DNA of 64,000 nucleotides from Escherichia coli (GTDB lineage: Bacteria > Pseudomonadota > Gammaproteobacteria > Enterobacterales > Enterobacteriaceae), in the NCBI RefSeq assembly GCF_003334315.1, contig NZ_QOWR01000022.1, one strand, 5' to 3'. The notes under the pieces were generated by a model. It was not told where the DNA came from, made no database searches, and was given only the letters and a program-made list of their open reading frames with translations. Below are positions 33,036-46,818 of this stretch, piece after piece. A program made the position numbers and the translations under genes. Position 1 is the first letter of the stretch. Each line of letters begins with the position of its first letter.

Positions 33036-34975
33036 ACGGCCTCCGGCGCAGTTTTTTGCGGACTCACGCGCTTACGATAGCGAGGATCAAACAGACACAG
33101 CAGTCCGCCCAACGCCATCATCAGCCCGCCCGCCCAAATCCAGCGAACAAATGGTTTGTAGTAAAGACGCACGGCCCACGCGCCGTTTTCCAGCTCTTCA
33201 CCGAGGGCCGCGTACAGGTCACGCGTGATGCCGCCGTCAATTGCCGCTTCGGTCATCATCGACCCGGCAGTGTTGTAATAACGTTTTTCCGCATACAGCA
33301 CCGTTTCCGGCTTGCCATCGCGCGTTACGCCGATAGTCGCCACACCGCCACGCCAGTTCGGGCCAGTCACCTCTTTGACATCACGGAAGGTGAAGCGATA
33401 TTCATGAATATCGACGCTATCGCCGGACTTCATGCGCACATCACGCTCAACGCTATAGTTCTGGCTAAAGGCAATGCCAACAATTGTCACTGCCAGCCCA
33501 AGGTGAGCCGCCACCATCCCCCAATAACTGAAGGTGGTTTTCGTGCCGCGTGAAATACGTAGCGCAGCTTCCGCAATTGCCAGCACCGCAATCCAGCAGG
33601 CCATTGCCAGGCCGAGCACCGTCATCGCCACAACTTTGCTTTCGAACAGCCACGGCAACAGCAGCGACAGCACCAGCGTAGAGATGAAGGCGATAATCAA
33701 TAAATTGCGGATCTTACGCGGGCGATCCCGCCCCCAGCGCACCAGAGGACCGACACCAAGCAGTAGCGCAAACGGCACCATCAGCCAGGTAAACATGGTG
33801 TTGAAGAACGGTTCGCCAATCGAAATACTGCCCAGTCCCAGTTGCTTATGCACCAACGGCAGCAGCGTCCCCAGCAACACCACCAGCATCGCAGCGACCA
33901 GCAAAACATTGTTCGCTAACAGCAAAGATTCCCGCGACCACAGCGCATTGTTTACGCGTGAGCGAACTTTGTGTCCACGCGCGGCAAACAGCAGCAGCGA
34001 ACCGCCAATCACCAGCACCATAAAGGCGAGGATAAACATACCGCGCGCCGGATCAGACGCAAACGCGTGTACCGATACCAGCACGCCGGAACGCACGAGG
34101 AAAGTCCCCAACAGACACAACGAGAAGGCACTGATTGCCAGCAGTAATGTCCACGCTTTGAAGCTGGCGCGTTGTTCAGTGACCGCCAGTGAGTGCATCA
34201 GCGCAGTCCCCACCAGCCACGGCATAAACGAGGCGTTTTCTACCGGATCCCAGAACCACCAGCCACCCCAGCCGAGTTCGTAATAGGCCCATGCGGAACC
34301 GAGCACGATGCCGAGCGTCAGGAAGATCCACGCTGCCAGCGTCCACGGACGAGTAAAACGCGCATAAGTGCTGTCCAGACGCCCGCTCAGCAAAGAAGCA
34401 ATGGCAAAAGCAAACGCCACCGAGAAACCCACGTACCCCATATAAAGCAGAGGCGGATGGAAGATCAGCCCCGGATCCTGCAATAGCGGGTTAAGATCGC
34501 GACCTTCAATCGGGAAGTTCGGCAACGTGCGAGAGAACGGGTTAGAGGTAAAGAGAATGAACAGCAAAAAGCCGACACTGACCATCCCCATTATCGCCAG
34601 TACACGGGCCACAATATCCAGCGGAATACGCTGACTAAAAATCGCCACCGCAAAGGTCCAGCCGCTCATCAGCAGCACCCACAGCAGTAGCGAGCCTTCA
34701 TGCGCGCCCCAGGTAGCCGCCACGCGATACCACACCGGAAGCTGGGTATTGGAGTTGCTGGCAACATAGGTGACGGTGAAGTCGTTGACCACGAAAGCAT
34801 TGACCAGCACCAGAAATGCGCCAGCCACAGACATAAACAGCAGCCAGGCAAACAAGCGGGAAGACGCCATCATGCGCGCATCTCCGCGCGCCACGCCCCA
34901 TAGCGGATACACGGACAGCAGCAGCGCAATTCCCAGCGCCAGGCACAGCAGTCCGTTACCAATTTCTGGCATCAT
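33032..34975 (-). CDS. ccmF: Cytochrome c-type biogenesis haem lyase subunit CcmF
   Basis: 647-aa polytopic membrane ORF in the ccm operon. Confidence 0.95.
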
Positions 34976-35451
34976 GATGCTGGGTCCTTATAAACACTCG
35001 CCGGGCGACGGTGGTTAGCTTCCATCGCTTTCTCAACTTCTGGCGGCGTATAGTTTTCATCGTGTTTCGCCAGCACTTCTTTCGCGAGGATATGATTGCC
35101 TTTTTCTAGTTCGCCCTGCACCACAACGCCCTGCCCTTCACGGAACAGATCCGGCAAAATGCCTTCGTAAGAGACATCCACTGAGCCTTCAGCATCGTAA
35201 ATGGTGAAGGTCACTTTCAGCGAATTGGGATCGCGCTGCACACTACCCGGCATCACCATCCCGCCAACGCGCAGACGCTGACCGACTTCCGGCATTTGCT
35301 GAGTTTCACGCTTGCCGTAGAGAATTTCCCCCGGCGTATAAAAGAGATCGATATTCGAGCGCAGCGCATATAGCACCAGACCGATAGTCAGCGCCAGCCC
35401 TGCCAACACGGCACAGGCAATCCACAAGCGGTTTTTACGGCGAATATTCAT
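34972..35451 (-). CDS. ccmE: Haem chaperone CcmE
   Basis: 159-aa [21 protein letters not shown]... Confidence 0.95.
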
Positions 35452-35657
35452 GCAGCCTCCTGCTGTTGCGCAGCACGTAAACGCGCCTCACGCGCCCGCT
35501 GTTGCGCCACGCCACGCAGAATTGCGCGATGTTGCATCACCGAGTGCACGACCAAAACCACCAGCGGAATAACGGTCATCACCACCGCCAGCCAGACAAA
35601 AAAGGCGTAACCGCCCATTGCGAAAAATTCATTCCAGGAAGCAAATGCAGGGGTCAT
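35448..35657 (-). CDS. ccmD: Haem exporter protein CcmD
   Basis: 69-aa single-TM ORF. Confidence 0.9.
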
Positions 35658-36391
35658 TTACGGCCTCTTTTCAGTATCAGTTCACTCACCCACGGACGGC
35701 GTTTTTCCATCAGCAAAATCAAATTACGCATCCGCATCAGCGTCAGCGTGGCAGACAGGAGCAGGAAGCCAAAAATCGACCAGCGCAGCGGCGAACGCAT
35801 CGCCGGATCGATACTTTGCTGCATCCGCGTTGATCCCTGATGCAGGGTGTTCCACCACTCCACGGAGTAATGAATAATCGGCAGATTCACCACGCCAATC
35901 AGCACCAGGATACCTGCCGCACGGCCCGCCAGACGGCGGTCGTCGAAGGCGTGCCACAGGGCAATCACACCCACATACAAAAACAGCAGCACCAGTTCAG
36001 AAGTCAGACGTGCATCCCATACCCACCAGGTGCCCCACATCGGTTTTCCCCATGCAGAGCCGGTAACCAGGGCAATAAAGGTAAACACGGCACCAATGGG
36101 GGCCATCGCCGCCACCGCCAGGTTGGCCATTTTCATCTGCCAGACAAGGCCAATAAACGCTGCCACTGCCATTGATGCATAAATGCCCATCGACCAGATC
36201 GCCGCAGGCACATGCAGGTAGATAATGCGGTAGCTATTTCCCTGCTGATAATCAGCCGGAGCAAAGCCGAATCCCCAGATCCAGCCGACGGTAAGCACGA
36301 CCACACTGGCAATTGCCAGCCACGGTATAAACCAGCCACAGATTTGATACAGCCGTGGTGGGATCGCCAGTTGATGCAGTGTTTTCCACAT
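35654..36391 (-). CDS. ccmC: Haem exporter protein CcmC
   Basis: 245-aa product starting MWKTLHQLAIPPRLYQ...; WGxxWxWD tryptophan-rich motif present. Confidence 0.93.
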   Translation of the reverse strand: MWKTLHQLAIPPRLYQICGWFIPWLAIASVVVLTVGWIWGFGFAPADYQQGNSYRIIYLHVPAAIWSMGIYASMAVAAFIGLVWQMKMANLAVAAMAPIGAVFTFIALVTGSAWGKPMWGTWWVWDARLTSELVLLFLYVGVIALWHAFDDRRLAGRAAGILVLIGVVNLPIIHYSVEWWNTLHQGSTRMQQSIDPAMRSPLRWSIFGFLLLSATLTLMRMRNLILLMEKRRPWVSELILKRGRK

Positions 36392-36432
36392 AGTTTCGAT
36401 ACCAGACTCGAACAAAAATCAGTAATCCAGCG

Positions 36433-37095
36433 TTATTGAATGCTGATTCGTAACGCTGCCGCCGTCGCAAAAGGACTTAAAGTCGCGGTGCCTGCCAGCA
36501 ACGCGCCTAAAATTGCCAGATACCCGTCAACGGGCAAATGCATAGAAGCCGCGTCCATCGCGGCGGTGGCAAAGATGAGTAATGGGATAGTCAGCGGTAA
36601 CACCAGTATGCTGAGCAGCACACCACCGCGCTTAAGTCCCACTGTCAACGCCACACCCGGTGCACCGAGAAAGCCAAGCGTAGGCGTTCCCAGCAGCAGC
36701 GTCAGCGCCATCACTTGCCAGCCATAAACATCCATTCCCAGTAGCATTGCTACCAGTGGCGAAAGGATGAGTAACGGCAGACCGGTTACCATCCAGTGCG
36801 CCATCACCTTCGCCAGCACAACGGCGGGCAAGGGTAACGGCAACAACATCAATTGTTCAAGACTGCCGTCCTGCAAATCGTCACGGAACAGTCGTTCCAG
36901 CGCCAGCAAGGATGAAAGCAGCGCAGCAACCCAGATAATGCCCGGTGCAATACGCGCCAGCAGTTGCGGCTCCGGACCGATACTGAGCGGAAAAAGGGTA
37001 ATTACAATCAGGAAGAACCACAGCGGGTTGGCGATTTCGGCGCTATGGCGAAACGCTACACGCAGCTCAAGACGGAAAATGCGCCAGAACATCAT
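36433..37095 (-). CDS. ccmB: Haem exporter permease CcmB
   Basis: 220-aa membrane ORF. Confidence 0.93.
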
Positions 37096-37715
37096 GCGGC
37101 CCTCGTTTGCGTCAGTGAAATGCGGCGAATTTTACTTTCAGCAACGTTGAGCGGCTGGTGGGTAGTCAGAATCACAATCCCCCCCTGCTCCGTATGCTGC
37201 GCCATACGCTGGGTCAGACGATCGACGCCGTTAACGTCAATCGCGGTAAAAGGCTCGTCGAGGATCCATAACGTGGCACGGGTCAGCCACAGACGCGCTA
37301 AAGCGACGCGGCGTTGTTGCCCGGCCGAGAGCTGATTTACAGGAATATCTTCGAATCCGGCAAGCCCGGCCTGCGCCAAGGCTTCCAGACATTGTGCGGT
37401 ATCGCCATCGCGATGATAAAAGTGCAGATTTTCTAACGCCGTCAGCCGGGTTTTGATCCCCGGCTGATGGCCTATCCATAACAGGTTTTGATGGTAGCTG
37501 TCGCGTACCTGATGCAAGGGCTGCCCTTGCCAGAGAACCTCGCCTGCGTCAGGGCGAGACAACCCCGTCAGCAAACGGAGAAGCGTTGTCTTCCCCGCGC
37601 CGTTGCTACCGGTGATTTGTACCCACTCTCCTGCGTTCAGCGTAAATGACAAGCCACTAAATAAGGTTCGTTCATCCCGCTCACAAAGTAACTCTCTGGC
37701 TTCAAGCATACCCAC
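37092..37715 (-). CDS. ccmA: Haem exporter ATP-binding protein CcmA
   Basis: 207-aa ABC ATPase with Walker [10 protein letters not shown]. Confidence 0.93.
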   Translation of the reverse strand: MGMLEARELLCERDERTLFSGLSFTLNAGEWVQITGSNGAGKTTLLRLLTGLSRPDAGEVLWQGQPLHQVRDSYHQNLLWIGHQPGIKTRLTALENLHFYHRDGDTAQCLEALAQAGLAGFEDIPVNQLSAGQQRRVALARLWLTRATLWILDEPFTAIDVNGVDRLTQRMAQHTEQGGIVILTTHQPLNVAESKIRRISLTQTRAA

Positions 37716-37727
37716 GCAATAACCCTG

Positions 37728-38330
37728 TTAAAAACCTGGCTCGACTTCACGCATATCGGGCAGCTTGTGCGCTATCCCTTTATGGCAATCAATACAGGTT
37801 TGCCCATCTTTCACCGCCTGGTCATGCATCTTCGCGGCAACCGATTTCTGGGCGGTTGTATCCATATACTCGAAGTTGTGACAGTTACGGCACTCCTGCG
37901 AGTTATTGTCCTTCATGCGCCGCCACTCATTCTGTGCCATCGTCAGACGATGAGCTTCAAATTTCTGCGGCGTGTCAATAACGCCAAAAATTTTACCATA
38001 CAGCTCTTTACTTGCTTTGAGCTTGCGTATCATCTTCGGCACAAACTCGTGCGGAACGTGACAATCCGGACAGGTCGCACGGACGCCGCTACGGTTGTTG
38101 TAGTGCACGGAATCCATGTATTCCTGATACACCGTGTTGCGCATTTCGTGGCAGCTAATGCAGAACTCTTCGGTATTGGCTTTTTCCATCCCGGTGTTAA
38201 AGCCACCCCAGAAGACGATGCCGCCAACAAAACCGATCAACAGCAGCGTCCCCAGCGCCAGACGGCTGGGGGTACGCCACCATTTCCACAGGCGCTTAAT
38301 CAGACCAGGCTTACGGTCAGAATTTCCCAT
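37728..38330 (-). CDS. napC: Periplasmic nitrate reductase membrane tetrahaem cytochrome c NapC
   Basis: 200-aa ORF with four CxxCH motifs. Confidence 0.95.
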   Translation of the reverse strand: MGNSDRKPGLIKRLWKWWRTPSRLALGTLLLIGFVGGIVFWGGFNTGMEKANTEEFCISCHEMRNTVYQEYMDSVHYNNRSGVRATCPDCHVPHEFVPKMIRKLKASKELYGKIFGVIDTPQKFEAHRLTMAQNEWRRMKDNNSQECRNCHNFEYMDTTAQKSVAAKMHDQAVKDGQTCIDCHKGIAHKLPDMREVEPGF

Positions 38331-38339
38331 AATAACCTC

Positions 38340-38789
38340 TTATTTCCCGTAACCTTTTGATGGGGTAAAGGTATTCCCCACGATTGGCGCGGTATCGGCC
38401 TGCGGTACGTGACATTGCAGACAGAAATAACGACGCGGAGCCACTTCCGCGCCCACTTTGCCGTCGCTGTCCATAAAGTGAGTAGGACTGATACGCGGCG
38501 CGCCAGTGGTGCGATAGCTTTCGACACCGTGGCACTGCAAGCAGCGGTTGGTATTGGTCGTTACCTGATAACCTTCAACGCTATGCGGGATCATTGGCGG
38601 CTGATTCACATAGTTCAGCGGCATCCGTTCCTGCTCTTTTGGCATCCGAATGGCCCCTTCCTGTGTCCCGGATACTTCCGGCGACTGGCTAAAATCGACG
38701 CCATTAGCCGCCCAAACCGCGCCGCTTACCACCAGGGCCAGCATCGCCGTCCATTGACACAGCGCTTTCTTCAGGTCATGGCTTTTCAT
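38340..38789 (-). CDS. napB: Periplasmic nitrate reductase dihaem cytochrome c subunit NapB
   Basis: 149-aa product starting [12 protein letters not shown]...; two CxxCH motifs. Confidence 0.93.
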   Translation of the reverse strand: MKSHDLKKALCQWTAMLALVVSGAVWAANGVDFSQSPEVSGTQEGAIRMPKEQERMPLNYVNQPPMIPHSVEGYQVTTNTNRCLQCHGVESYRTTGAPRISPTHFMDSDGKVGAEVAPRRYFCLQCHVPQADTAPIVGNTFTPSKGYGK

Positions 38790-39649
38790 GATTTCGCTCC
38801 CGAACTCCATCGTGTAGTTATTGTAAATACATCCTCAGAACAGACATCCACGCAGCGACCGCACGTCATGCAATCGCGGCTGGTGACCTGCACCGGGCTT
38901 TGTTCATCCAGCACCGGGGCACGTAGCACATGCGGTTCCGGGCAAACATGAAAACAATCCATACAGCGGTTACATTTCTGCCGATCGGTGGCCGCAACGG
39001 TAATCACACCTTTGCTACCCAGCACGCCATACAGCGCGCCAACCGGACAAATGTGCCCGCACCAGCCGTGTTCAACGACCAGTAGATCAAATAAAAACAG
39101 CGCGAGAATAAGCAGCGCGCCGCTGCCGAAGCCCATTACCAGGCTACGCCCCATCAGAGAAACGGGGTTGATCCATTCCCAAATGAGCGTGCCAGTTAAG
39201 GCCGATCCCACCAGAATGACCACCAACAGCACGTAGCGAATGTGGCGAGGGATCGTCGCAGACTGATTGAGGTCAAAGCGCCTGCGTAACCAGTTCGCTA
39301 AGTCGGTAATCGGGTTCAGCGGGCAGACCCAGCTGCAAAATAATCGCTTTCCCGCCAGGGCGTAGAGCACGGTGATAATCACCGCACCGGTCAACGCCAC
39401 CGTGGCAGGCAGATGACCACTGGCAAGACTTTGCAGCGTCATCAGCGGATCGGTCAGCGGAACGGTGTCGAATAACAGGCTACTGCTGTAGTTGCCGTGC
39501 AAGATCCACACACCAAACCATGGACCGCTCAAAAACATCCCCAGCACGAAGAACTGACAAAGGCGACGTAACACCAGCCAACGGTGACTGCGCCACCAGC
39601 CTTTTTTCTCCAGCGCCTCGCGCCCGGCGTCACGTTTACGATTTGCCAT
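38786..39649 (-). CDS. napH: Ferredoxin-type membrane protein NapH
   Basis: 287-aa ORF with TM helices and Cys clusters; overlaps napB and napG ends. Confidence 0.93.
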
Positions 39650-40331
39650 TGTTCCCCTCCAGCCAGCCGAAGCGGTAATGGTGACCTAACTCCCCTTTCG
39701 CCAGTGACAGCGGTAACACCTTGATTGCCGGTTGTTCCAGCACGCATACTTTTTCGCACTTACCGCAACCGGTACAGGCGTCGCTGTGAACCGTCGGCAG
39801 AAAGCGGGCGTGCTTACCGGTACGCGTGTTGCGCTCCAGCTCCAGGGTGATGGCCTCATCAATTTTCGGGCATTCGCGATAACAAACATCGCAGCGCAGC
39901 CCCTGAAAGTTGAGACAGTTTTCCTGGTCCACCAGTACCGCCAGCCCCATCCGCGCGTCGTCGATCGATTCGATCTCACGATCCAGCGCACCGCTCGGGC
40001 ACACTTTGGCGCACGGAATGTCCTCACACATTTCGCAAGGAATATCCCGTGCGACAAAATATGGCGTGCCCGCCGACAGACCAGAGGCCAGCGTCGCCAG
40101 TTTTAAGGTGTCGTAAGGGCAAGCCTGAACACACTGACCGCAACGCACACAGGCACTGGCAAAGGCGTTCTCGTTTATGGCTCCGGGCGGGCGCAACCGC
40201 ACGCCAGATGCGCGTGCGGTTTGCTGTTGTAACCCCAGCGCCACACCCACGGCAGCCAGCCCGCCTGCTGTGCGAACAACATCGCGCAGAAAGCGGCGGC
40301 GACCATTTTGAGGTTTCGCTGACCGGGACAT
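39636..40331 (-). CDS. napG: Ferredoxin-type protein NapG (Tat signal, four [4Fe-4S] motifs)
   Basis: 231-aa ORF with RRRFLR twin-arginine motif and CxxCxxCxxxCP clusters. Confidence 0.93.
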
Positions 40332-40337
40332 AATGGC

Positions 40338-42824
40338 TTACACCTTCTCCAGTTTGACCGCGCACTTCTTGAAGTCCGTCTCTTTCGAGAGCGGATCGGT
40401 CGCATCCAGCGTCAGTTTGTTAACCAGCTGTGCGGCGTCGAAGAACGGCATGTACACCAGGCCCTGTGGCGGACGGTTACGACCGCGCGTTTCAACAATC
40501 GAGATCACTTCGCCACGGCGAGAAACCACTTTCACTTTGTCGCCACGGCGCAGATCGCGCGCTTTCGCATCCAGCGGGTGAATAAACAGGACCGCTTCCG
40601 GGAAGGCGCGGTGCAGTTCCGGCACACGGCGAGTCATACTGCCGGTGTGCCAGTGCTCCAGGACGCGTCCGGTAGAGAGCCACAGGTCGTACTCTTCATC
40701 CGGTGCTTCCGCCGCCGGTTCGAACGGCAGCGCGAAGATCACCGCTTTGCCATCCGGTTTACCGTAGAACTTGTAGCCTTCGCCCGCTTTCACGTACGGG
40801 TCGTTACCTTCGCTGTAACGCCACTGCGTTTCTTTACCGTTCACCACCGGCCAGCGCAGACCGCGCGCTTTGTGGTAGTCATCGAACGGTGCCAGATCGT
40901 GACCGTGACCGCGACCAAACCATGCGTACTCTTCGAACAGCCCTTTTTGCAGATAGAAGCCCAGCTCGCGGGATTCATCGTTCAGCTGATCTTCCGCCAG
41001 TTCGGATACCGGGAATTTGCTCACTTCGGGGGTGGCATACAGAACTTCGTACAGCGTTTTGCCACGCAGTTCCGGTTTCTTCGCCAGCAGCTCTTCCGGC
41101 CATACTTCTTCAGTTTTGAAGCGGCGGGAGAACTGGACTAACTGCCAGAGATCCGATTTCGCTTCGCCCGGTGCCTGTACCTGCTGACGCCAGAACTGAG
41201 TACGGCGTTCGGCGTTACCGTAAGCGCCCTCTTTCTCTACCCACATTGCGGTCGGCAGGATCAAGTCGGCGGCCAGCGCACTGACTGTCGGATACGGATC
41301 GGAGACGATGATGAAGTTGCGCGGATCGCGCCAGCCCGGCATACGCTCTTCATTGATGTTCGGCCCGGCCTGCATGTTGTTGGTACACATGGTCCAGTAA
41401 ACATTCAGCTTGCCGTCTTTCAGCGCACGGTCTTGTGCTACCGCATGCAGACCGATTTTCGCCGGAATGGTGCCGCTCGGGATATTCCACTTCTTCTCGC
41501 AGATATCACGATGTTTCTCGTTAGTCACCACCATGTCCGCAGGCAGACGGTGAGCAAAGGTGCCCACTTCACGCGCAGTACCACACGCGGAAGGCTGCCC
41601 GGTCAGGGAGAACGGACCGCAACCCGGCTGGGAAATTTTGCCGGTCAGCAGGTGCAGGTTGTAGACCAGGTTGTTGGCCCACACGCCACGAGTATGCTGG
41701 TTGAAGCCCATCGTCCAGTAGGAGATGACTTTCTTGTTCGGATCGGCATACAGCTGCGCCAGTTGTTCTAACTGGTCTTTCGGCACGCCGGTCATTTCGG
41801 CAGTTTTTTCCAGCGTATACTCGGCAACGAAGGCTTTGTAATCTTCAAAGCTCATCGGTTCGGAGGCGTCAGAACCCGGATTCTTCGCTGCTTTTTCCAG
41901 CGGATGGGTCGGACGTAAACCGTAGCCGATGTCCGTCGCCCCTTTGCGCAGGTTAACGTGCTTGCTGAAGAAGTCCTGATTTATCGCATTGTTTTGAATG
42001 ATATAGTTGGCGATGTAGTTCAGGATCACCAGGTCAGATTGCGGCGTAAAGATGATGCCGTTATCCGCCAGCTCGAAGCTACGATGCTGGTAGGTAGAAA
42101 GCACCGCCACGGTGACGTTCTGGTTAGAGAGACGACGGTTAGTGATGCGTGACCAGAGGATCGGGTGCATTTCCGCCATGTTAGCGCCCCACAGCACAAA
42201 CGCGTCAGCCTGCTCGATGTCGTCATAGCAGCCCATCGGCTCATCCATACCAAAGGTACGCATAAAGCCAACTACTGCCGACGCCATACAGTGACGTGCG
42301 TTCGGGTCGATGTTGTTCGAACGGAAGCCCGCTTTGAACAGCTTGGACGCGGCATAACCTTCCCAGATAGTCCACTGACCAGAACCGAACATACCGATCG
42401 ATTCCGGTCCTTTTTCTTTCAGGGCGGTTTTGAATTTCTCTTCCATCACATCGAAGGCCTGATCCCAGGTGATTGGGGTAAATTCGCCTTCTTTGTCATA
42501 TTTACCGTTTTTCATACGCAGCAGCGGCTGCGTCAAACGGTCTTTACCGTACATGATCTTGGGCAGGAAATAGCCCTTAATGCAGTTCAGGCCACGGTTA
42601 ACCGGTGCGTCCGGGTCGCCCTGACAGGCCACCACACGCCCCTGCTGCGTTCCGACCAGAACGCCGCAACCAGTACCGCAGAAACGGCACGGCGCTTTAT
42701 CCCATTTAATGGCTTCCTGCTGACCAACAACGGCGCGGGCAACGCCCGGCACGCTGAGACCGGCAGCCGCCGCAGCGGCCGCAACGGCGTTAGCTTTCAT
42801 AAAGCTACGACGACTGAGTTTCAT
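40338..42824 (-). CDS. napA: Periplasmic nitrate reductase catalytic subunit NapA (molybdopterin)
   Basis: 828-aa ORF with Tat signal (SRRSFMK) and N-terminal Cys cluster CRFCGTGC. Confidence 0.96.
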   Translation of the reverse strand: MKLSRRSFMKANAVAAAAAAAGLSVPGVARAVVGQQEAIKWDKAPCRFCGTGCGVLVGTQQGRVVACQGDPDAPVNRGLNCIKGYFLPKIMYGKDRLTQPLLRMKNGKYDKEGEFTPITWDQAFDVMEEKFKTALKEKGPESIGMFGSGQWTIWEGYAASKLFKAGFRSNNIDPNARHCMASAVVGFMRTFGMDEPMGCYDDIEQADAFVLWGANMAEMHPILWSRITNRRLSNQNVTVAVLSTYQHRSFELADNGIIFTPQSDLVILNYIANYIIQNNAINQDFFSKHVNLRKGATDIGYGLRPTHPLEKAAKNPGSDASEPMSFEDYKAFVAEYTLEKTAEMTGVPKDQLEQLAQLYADPNKKVISYWTMGFNQHTRGVWANNLVYNLHLLTGKISQPGCGPFSLTGQPSACGTAREVGTFAHRLPADMVVTNEKHRDICEKKWNIPSGTIPAKIGLHAVAQDRALKDGKLNVYWTMCTNNMQAGPNINEERMPGWRDPRNFIIVSDPYPTVSALAADLILPTAMWVEKEGAYGNAERRTQFWRQQVQAPGEAKSDLWQLVQFSRRFKTEEVWPEELLAKKPELRGKTLYEVLYATPEVSKFPVSELAEDQLNDESRELGFYLQKGLFEEYAWFGRGHGHDLAPFDDYHKARGLRWPVVNGKETQWRYSEGNDPYVKAGEGYKFYGKPDGKAVIFALPFEPAAEAPDEEYDLWLSTGRVLEHWHTGSMTRRVPELHRAFPEAVLFIHPLDAKARDLRRGDKVKVVSRRGEVISIVETRGRNRPPQGLVYMPFFDAAQLVNKLTLDATDPLSKETDFKKCAVKLEKV

Positions 42825-43084
42825 GGTGTTTCCTCACCTTGCTCTTCCTGCTGGTGATAAACCAGCGACACCGCCAGCACGCCCTCTACGTTGCGTACTG
42901 ACTCAATGGTTTGGATCAGCGTTTCGCTGTCTTCTGCTTCCACCACCACAATCAACTGACCGCTCGGCGCGTCGCTGACAGCAACTTCACAGCCGGGAAA
43001 GGCGTTCAGTTGGGTGCTGATGTCTGAAATTCGTTCGCTTTTGGCCTGCACGACCAGGCTGCAAACTTGCCAGTTAGTGTGCAT
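42821..43084 (-). CDS. napD: NapA chaperone NapD
   Basis: 87-aa ORF overlapping the napA start. Confidence 0.9.
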   Translation of the reverse strand: MHTNWQVCSLVVQAKSERISDISTQLNAFPGCEVAVSDAPSGQLIVVVEAEDSETLIQTIESVRNVEGVLAVSLVYHQQEEQGEETP

Positions 43085-43568
43085 GGAGATACTCCGCAGT
43101 TATGGCTGATACCGGACAGCTGGCTGCACATGCTCCACATCCGTTGCAAAGTTGGCTATTAAGTTGCGGCTGGTAGATCCCGGAGAGCGTCGGGCGAAAG
43201 ATAATTGCCATTGGCTCACAGCTATCCTGACAGCGGCGGCATTCAACAGACTGATACGCCAGGCACGCGTCCCCAATGGTGAACTGCAAATCCCAGGCCC
43301 TGGTGTGGCGCGGAGAAAATAGCGATTCGGGGCAAGCCTGCGCGCAGGCGTAACAGAAGCTGCACTCGTTATTTTTGAAATTAACGCTCGGATAGCCGCC
43401 CGCGCCGCGTTGCAGAATGTTGTTTTCACAAGCATTAATACAGGCGTCGCAGCGGGTGCAATGGGTCAGAAAATGAGATTCATCACCGGACCAGGGCGGA
43501 CGGATACCGTTACTGGCTTTGCGCCAGCGACCAGTGAGTATGCCCCGACGGGATGCATCAATCTTCAC
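43074..43568 (-). CDS. napF: Ferredoxin-type protein NapF
   Basis: 164-aa ORF with multiple CxxCxxCxxxC motifs. Confidence 0.92.
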   Translation of the reverse strand: MKIDASRRGILTGRWRKASNGIRPPWSGDESHFLTHCTRCDACINACENNILQRGAGGYPSVNFKNNECSFCYACAQACPESLFSPRHTRAWDLQFTIGDACLAYQSVECRRCQDSCEPMAIIFRPTLSGIYQPQLNSQLCNGCGACAASCPVSAITAEYLHAH

Positions 43569-43681
43569 ATTGACCTTCCATCATTAACGCGCTCTGAAAA
43601 TTGAGAGCGACCAAATAAACCGCATAATTAATAAGCCATTTTTATAGCCGCTAAGATATTAAAGGATGTGTCAAAGATGCA

Positions 43682-43697
43682 TACCCCGATCGGGGTA
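43682..43697. promoter_or_regulatory. NarL/NarP 7-2-7 heptamer pair in the napF promoter
   Basis: Perfect palindrome TACCCCG-AT-CGGGGTA about 115 bp upstream of the napF start codon. Confidence 0.7.
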
Positions 43698-43975
43698 AAA
43701 CCTGTAGCAGGATCAAAAGAGTGGCGGGAAGCGTGGCAAAAACGGGCTTTTGCTCACATTTCAAATGGTTATAAATATATTTATATAGCGATTAATTCAC
43801 CAGAGATATTTCTGCTGGTTTGCTCTCTCATTAGAATTTAACACTAAAAGAGCAGGTAAAATTGTCTGAATGTTCTTTAAGTTATTCATAAAGCAAATTA
43901 ATAAATCTGATGAATATGTTAACCTTCAGCGACATCATCGGTGAAAACCTATAAATGAAGAAGGAAAGCAAAAAA

Positions 43976-44464
43976 ATGAAGACCATTCTACCTGCAGTAT
44001 TGTTTGCCGCTTTCGCTACCACTTCCGCCTGGGCGGCAGAAAGCGTCCAGCCACTGGAAAAAATCGCGCCTTATCCACAAGCTGAAAAAGGGATGAAGCG
44101 TCAGGTGATTCAGTTAACCCCGCAAGAAGATGAATCTACCCTGAAAGTAGAACTGTTAATCGGTCAGACGCTGGAAGTCGATTGCAATTTGCATCGTCTC
44201 GGCGGGAAGCTGGAAAACAAAACGCTGGAAGGCTGGGGCTATGATTATTATGTCTTTGATAAAGTCAGTTCCCCGGTTTCAACGATGATGGCCTGCCCGG
44301 ATGGCAAGAAAGAGAAGAAATTTGTCACCGCGTATCTGGGCGATGCTGGAATGCTGCGTTACAACAGCAAGCTGCCGATCGTGGTGTATACGCCAGACAA
44401 TGTAGATGTGAAGTACCGCGTCTGGAAGGCGGAAGAGAAAATTGACAACGCGGTAGTTCGCTAA
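43976..44464 (+). CDS. eco: Ecotin (periplasmic serine protease inhibitor)
   Basis: 162-aa product starting [23 protein letters not shown]... Confidence 0.93.
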
Positions 44465-44470
44465 ACTGCC

Positions 44471-44948
44471 GTGAAGTGCGGCACCCCGTAGGTCAGACAA
44501 GGCGGTCACGCCGCATCCGACATCCAACGCCCGAGTCGGTTGCCTGATGCGACGCTGGCGCGTCTTATCAGGCCTACACCGCTGTGAAGTGCTCCACCCC
44601 GTAGGTCGGATAAGGCGGTTACGCCGCATCCGACATCTAACGCCCAAGCCGGTTGCCTGATGCGACGCTGGCGCGTCTTATCAGGCCTACACCGCTGTGA
44701 AGTGCTCCACCCCGTAGGTCGGATAAGGCGGTTACGCCGCATCCGACATCTAACGCCCAAGCCGGTTGCCTGATGCGACGCTGGCGCGTCTTATCAGGCC
44801 TACACCGCTGTGAAGTGCTCCACCCCGTAGATTGGATAAGGCGGTTACGCCGCATCCGACATCTAACGCCCGAGCCGGTTGCCTGATAAGACGCTGGCGC
44901 GTCTTATCAGCATACGCCACATCCCCGGCATACCATGCCGGATGTGGC
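44471..44948. repeat. Tandem BIME/REP array: about 4 copies of a 113-bp unit, each carrying REP palindromes
   Basis: Units begin at about 44471, 44584, 44697 and 44810; each contains ccgcatccgacatc and gcctgatgcgacgctggcgcgtcttatcaggcctacaccgct. Confidence 0.85.
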
Positions 44949-44954
44949 ACATCA

Positions 44955-46613
<1,659 letters not shown>

Positions 46614-46818
46614 TTACTTTTAGTCGCTTTATTGCAGGTGAGATTTGCGCGGCATCAACGGTAACACTTAAGTAACAACATTTAAATAATGTTTATAAAT
46701 TATATTCTAATTTTAGAAACATTATAATTTCGTTGATTAATTATAGGGTTATTAGAAATGAAGGGATTTTTAGCATATTGACCTGGCGGCAGCAGTCCGC
46801 CAGGTCAGCGTCGTAATA

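Noticed and set aside
43569-43975. Possible small ORF between napF and eco (a small yojO-like gene)
   Set aside because: No convincing ORF with RBS in the track; the region is better explained as the divergent napF/eco promoter region carrying the NarL/NarP palindrome.
44471-44948. Possible CRISPR array (regular repeats)
   Set aside because: The repeats are contiguous 113-bp units with no unique spacers, contain REP palindromes, and there are no cas genes nearby.
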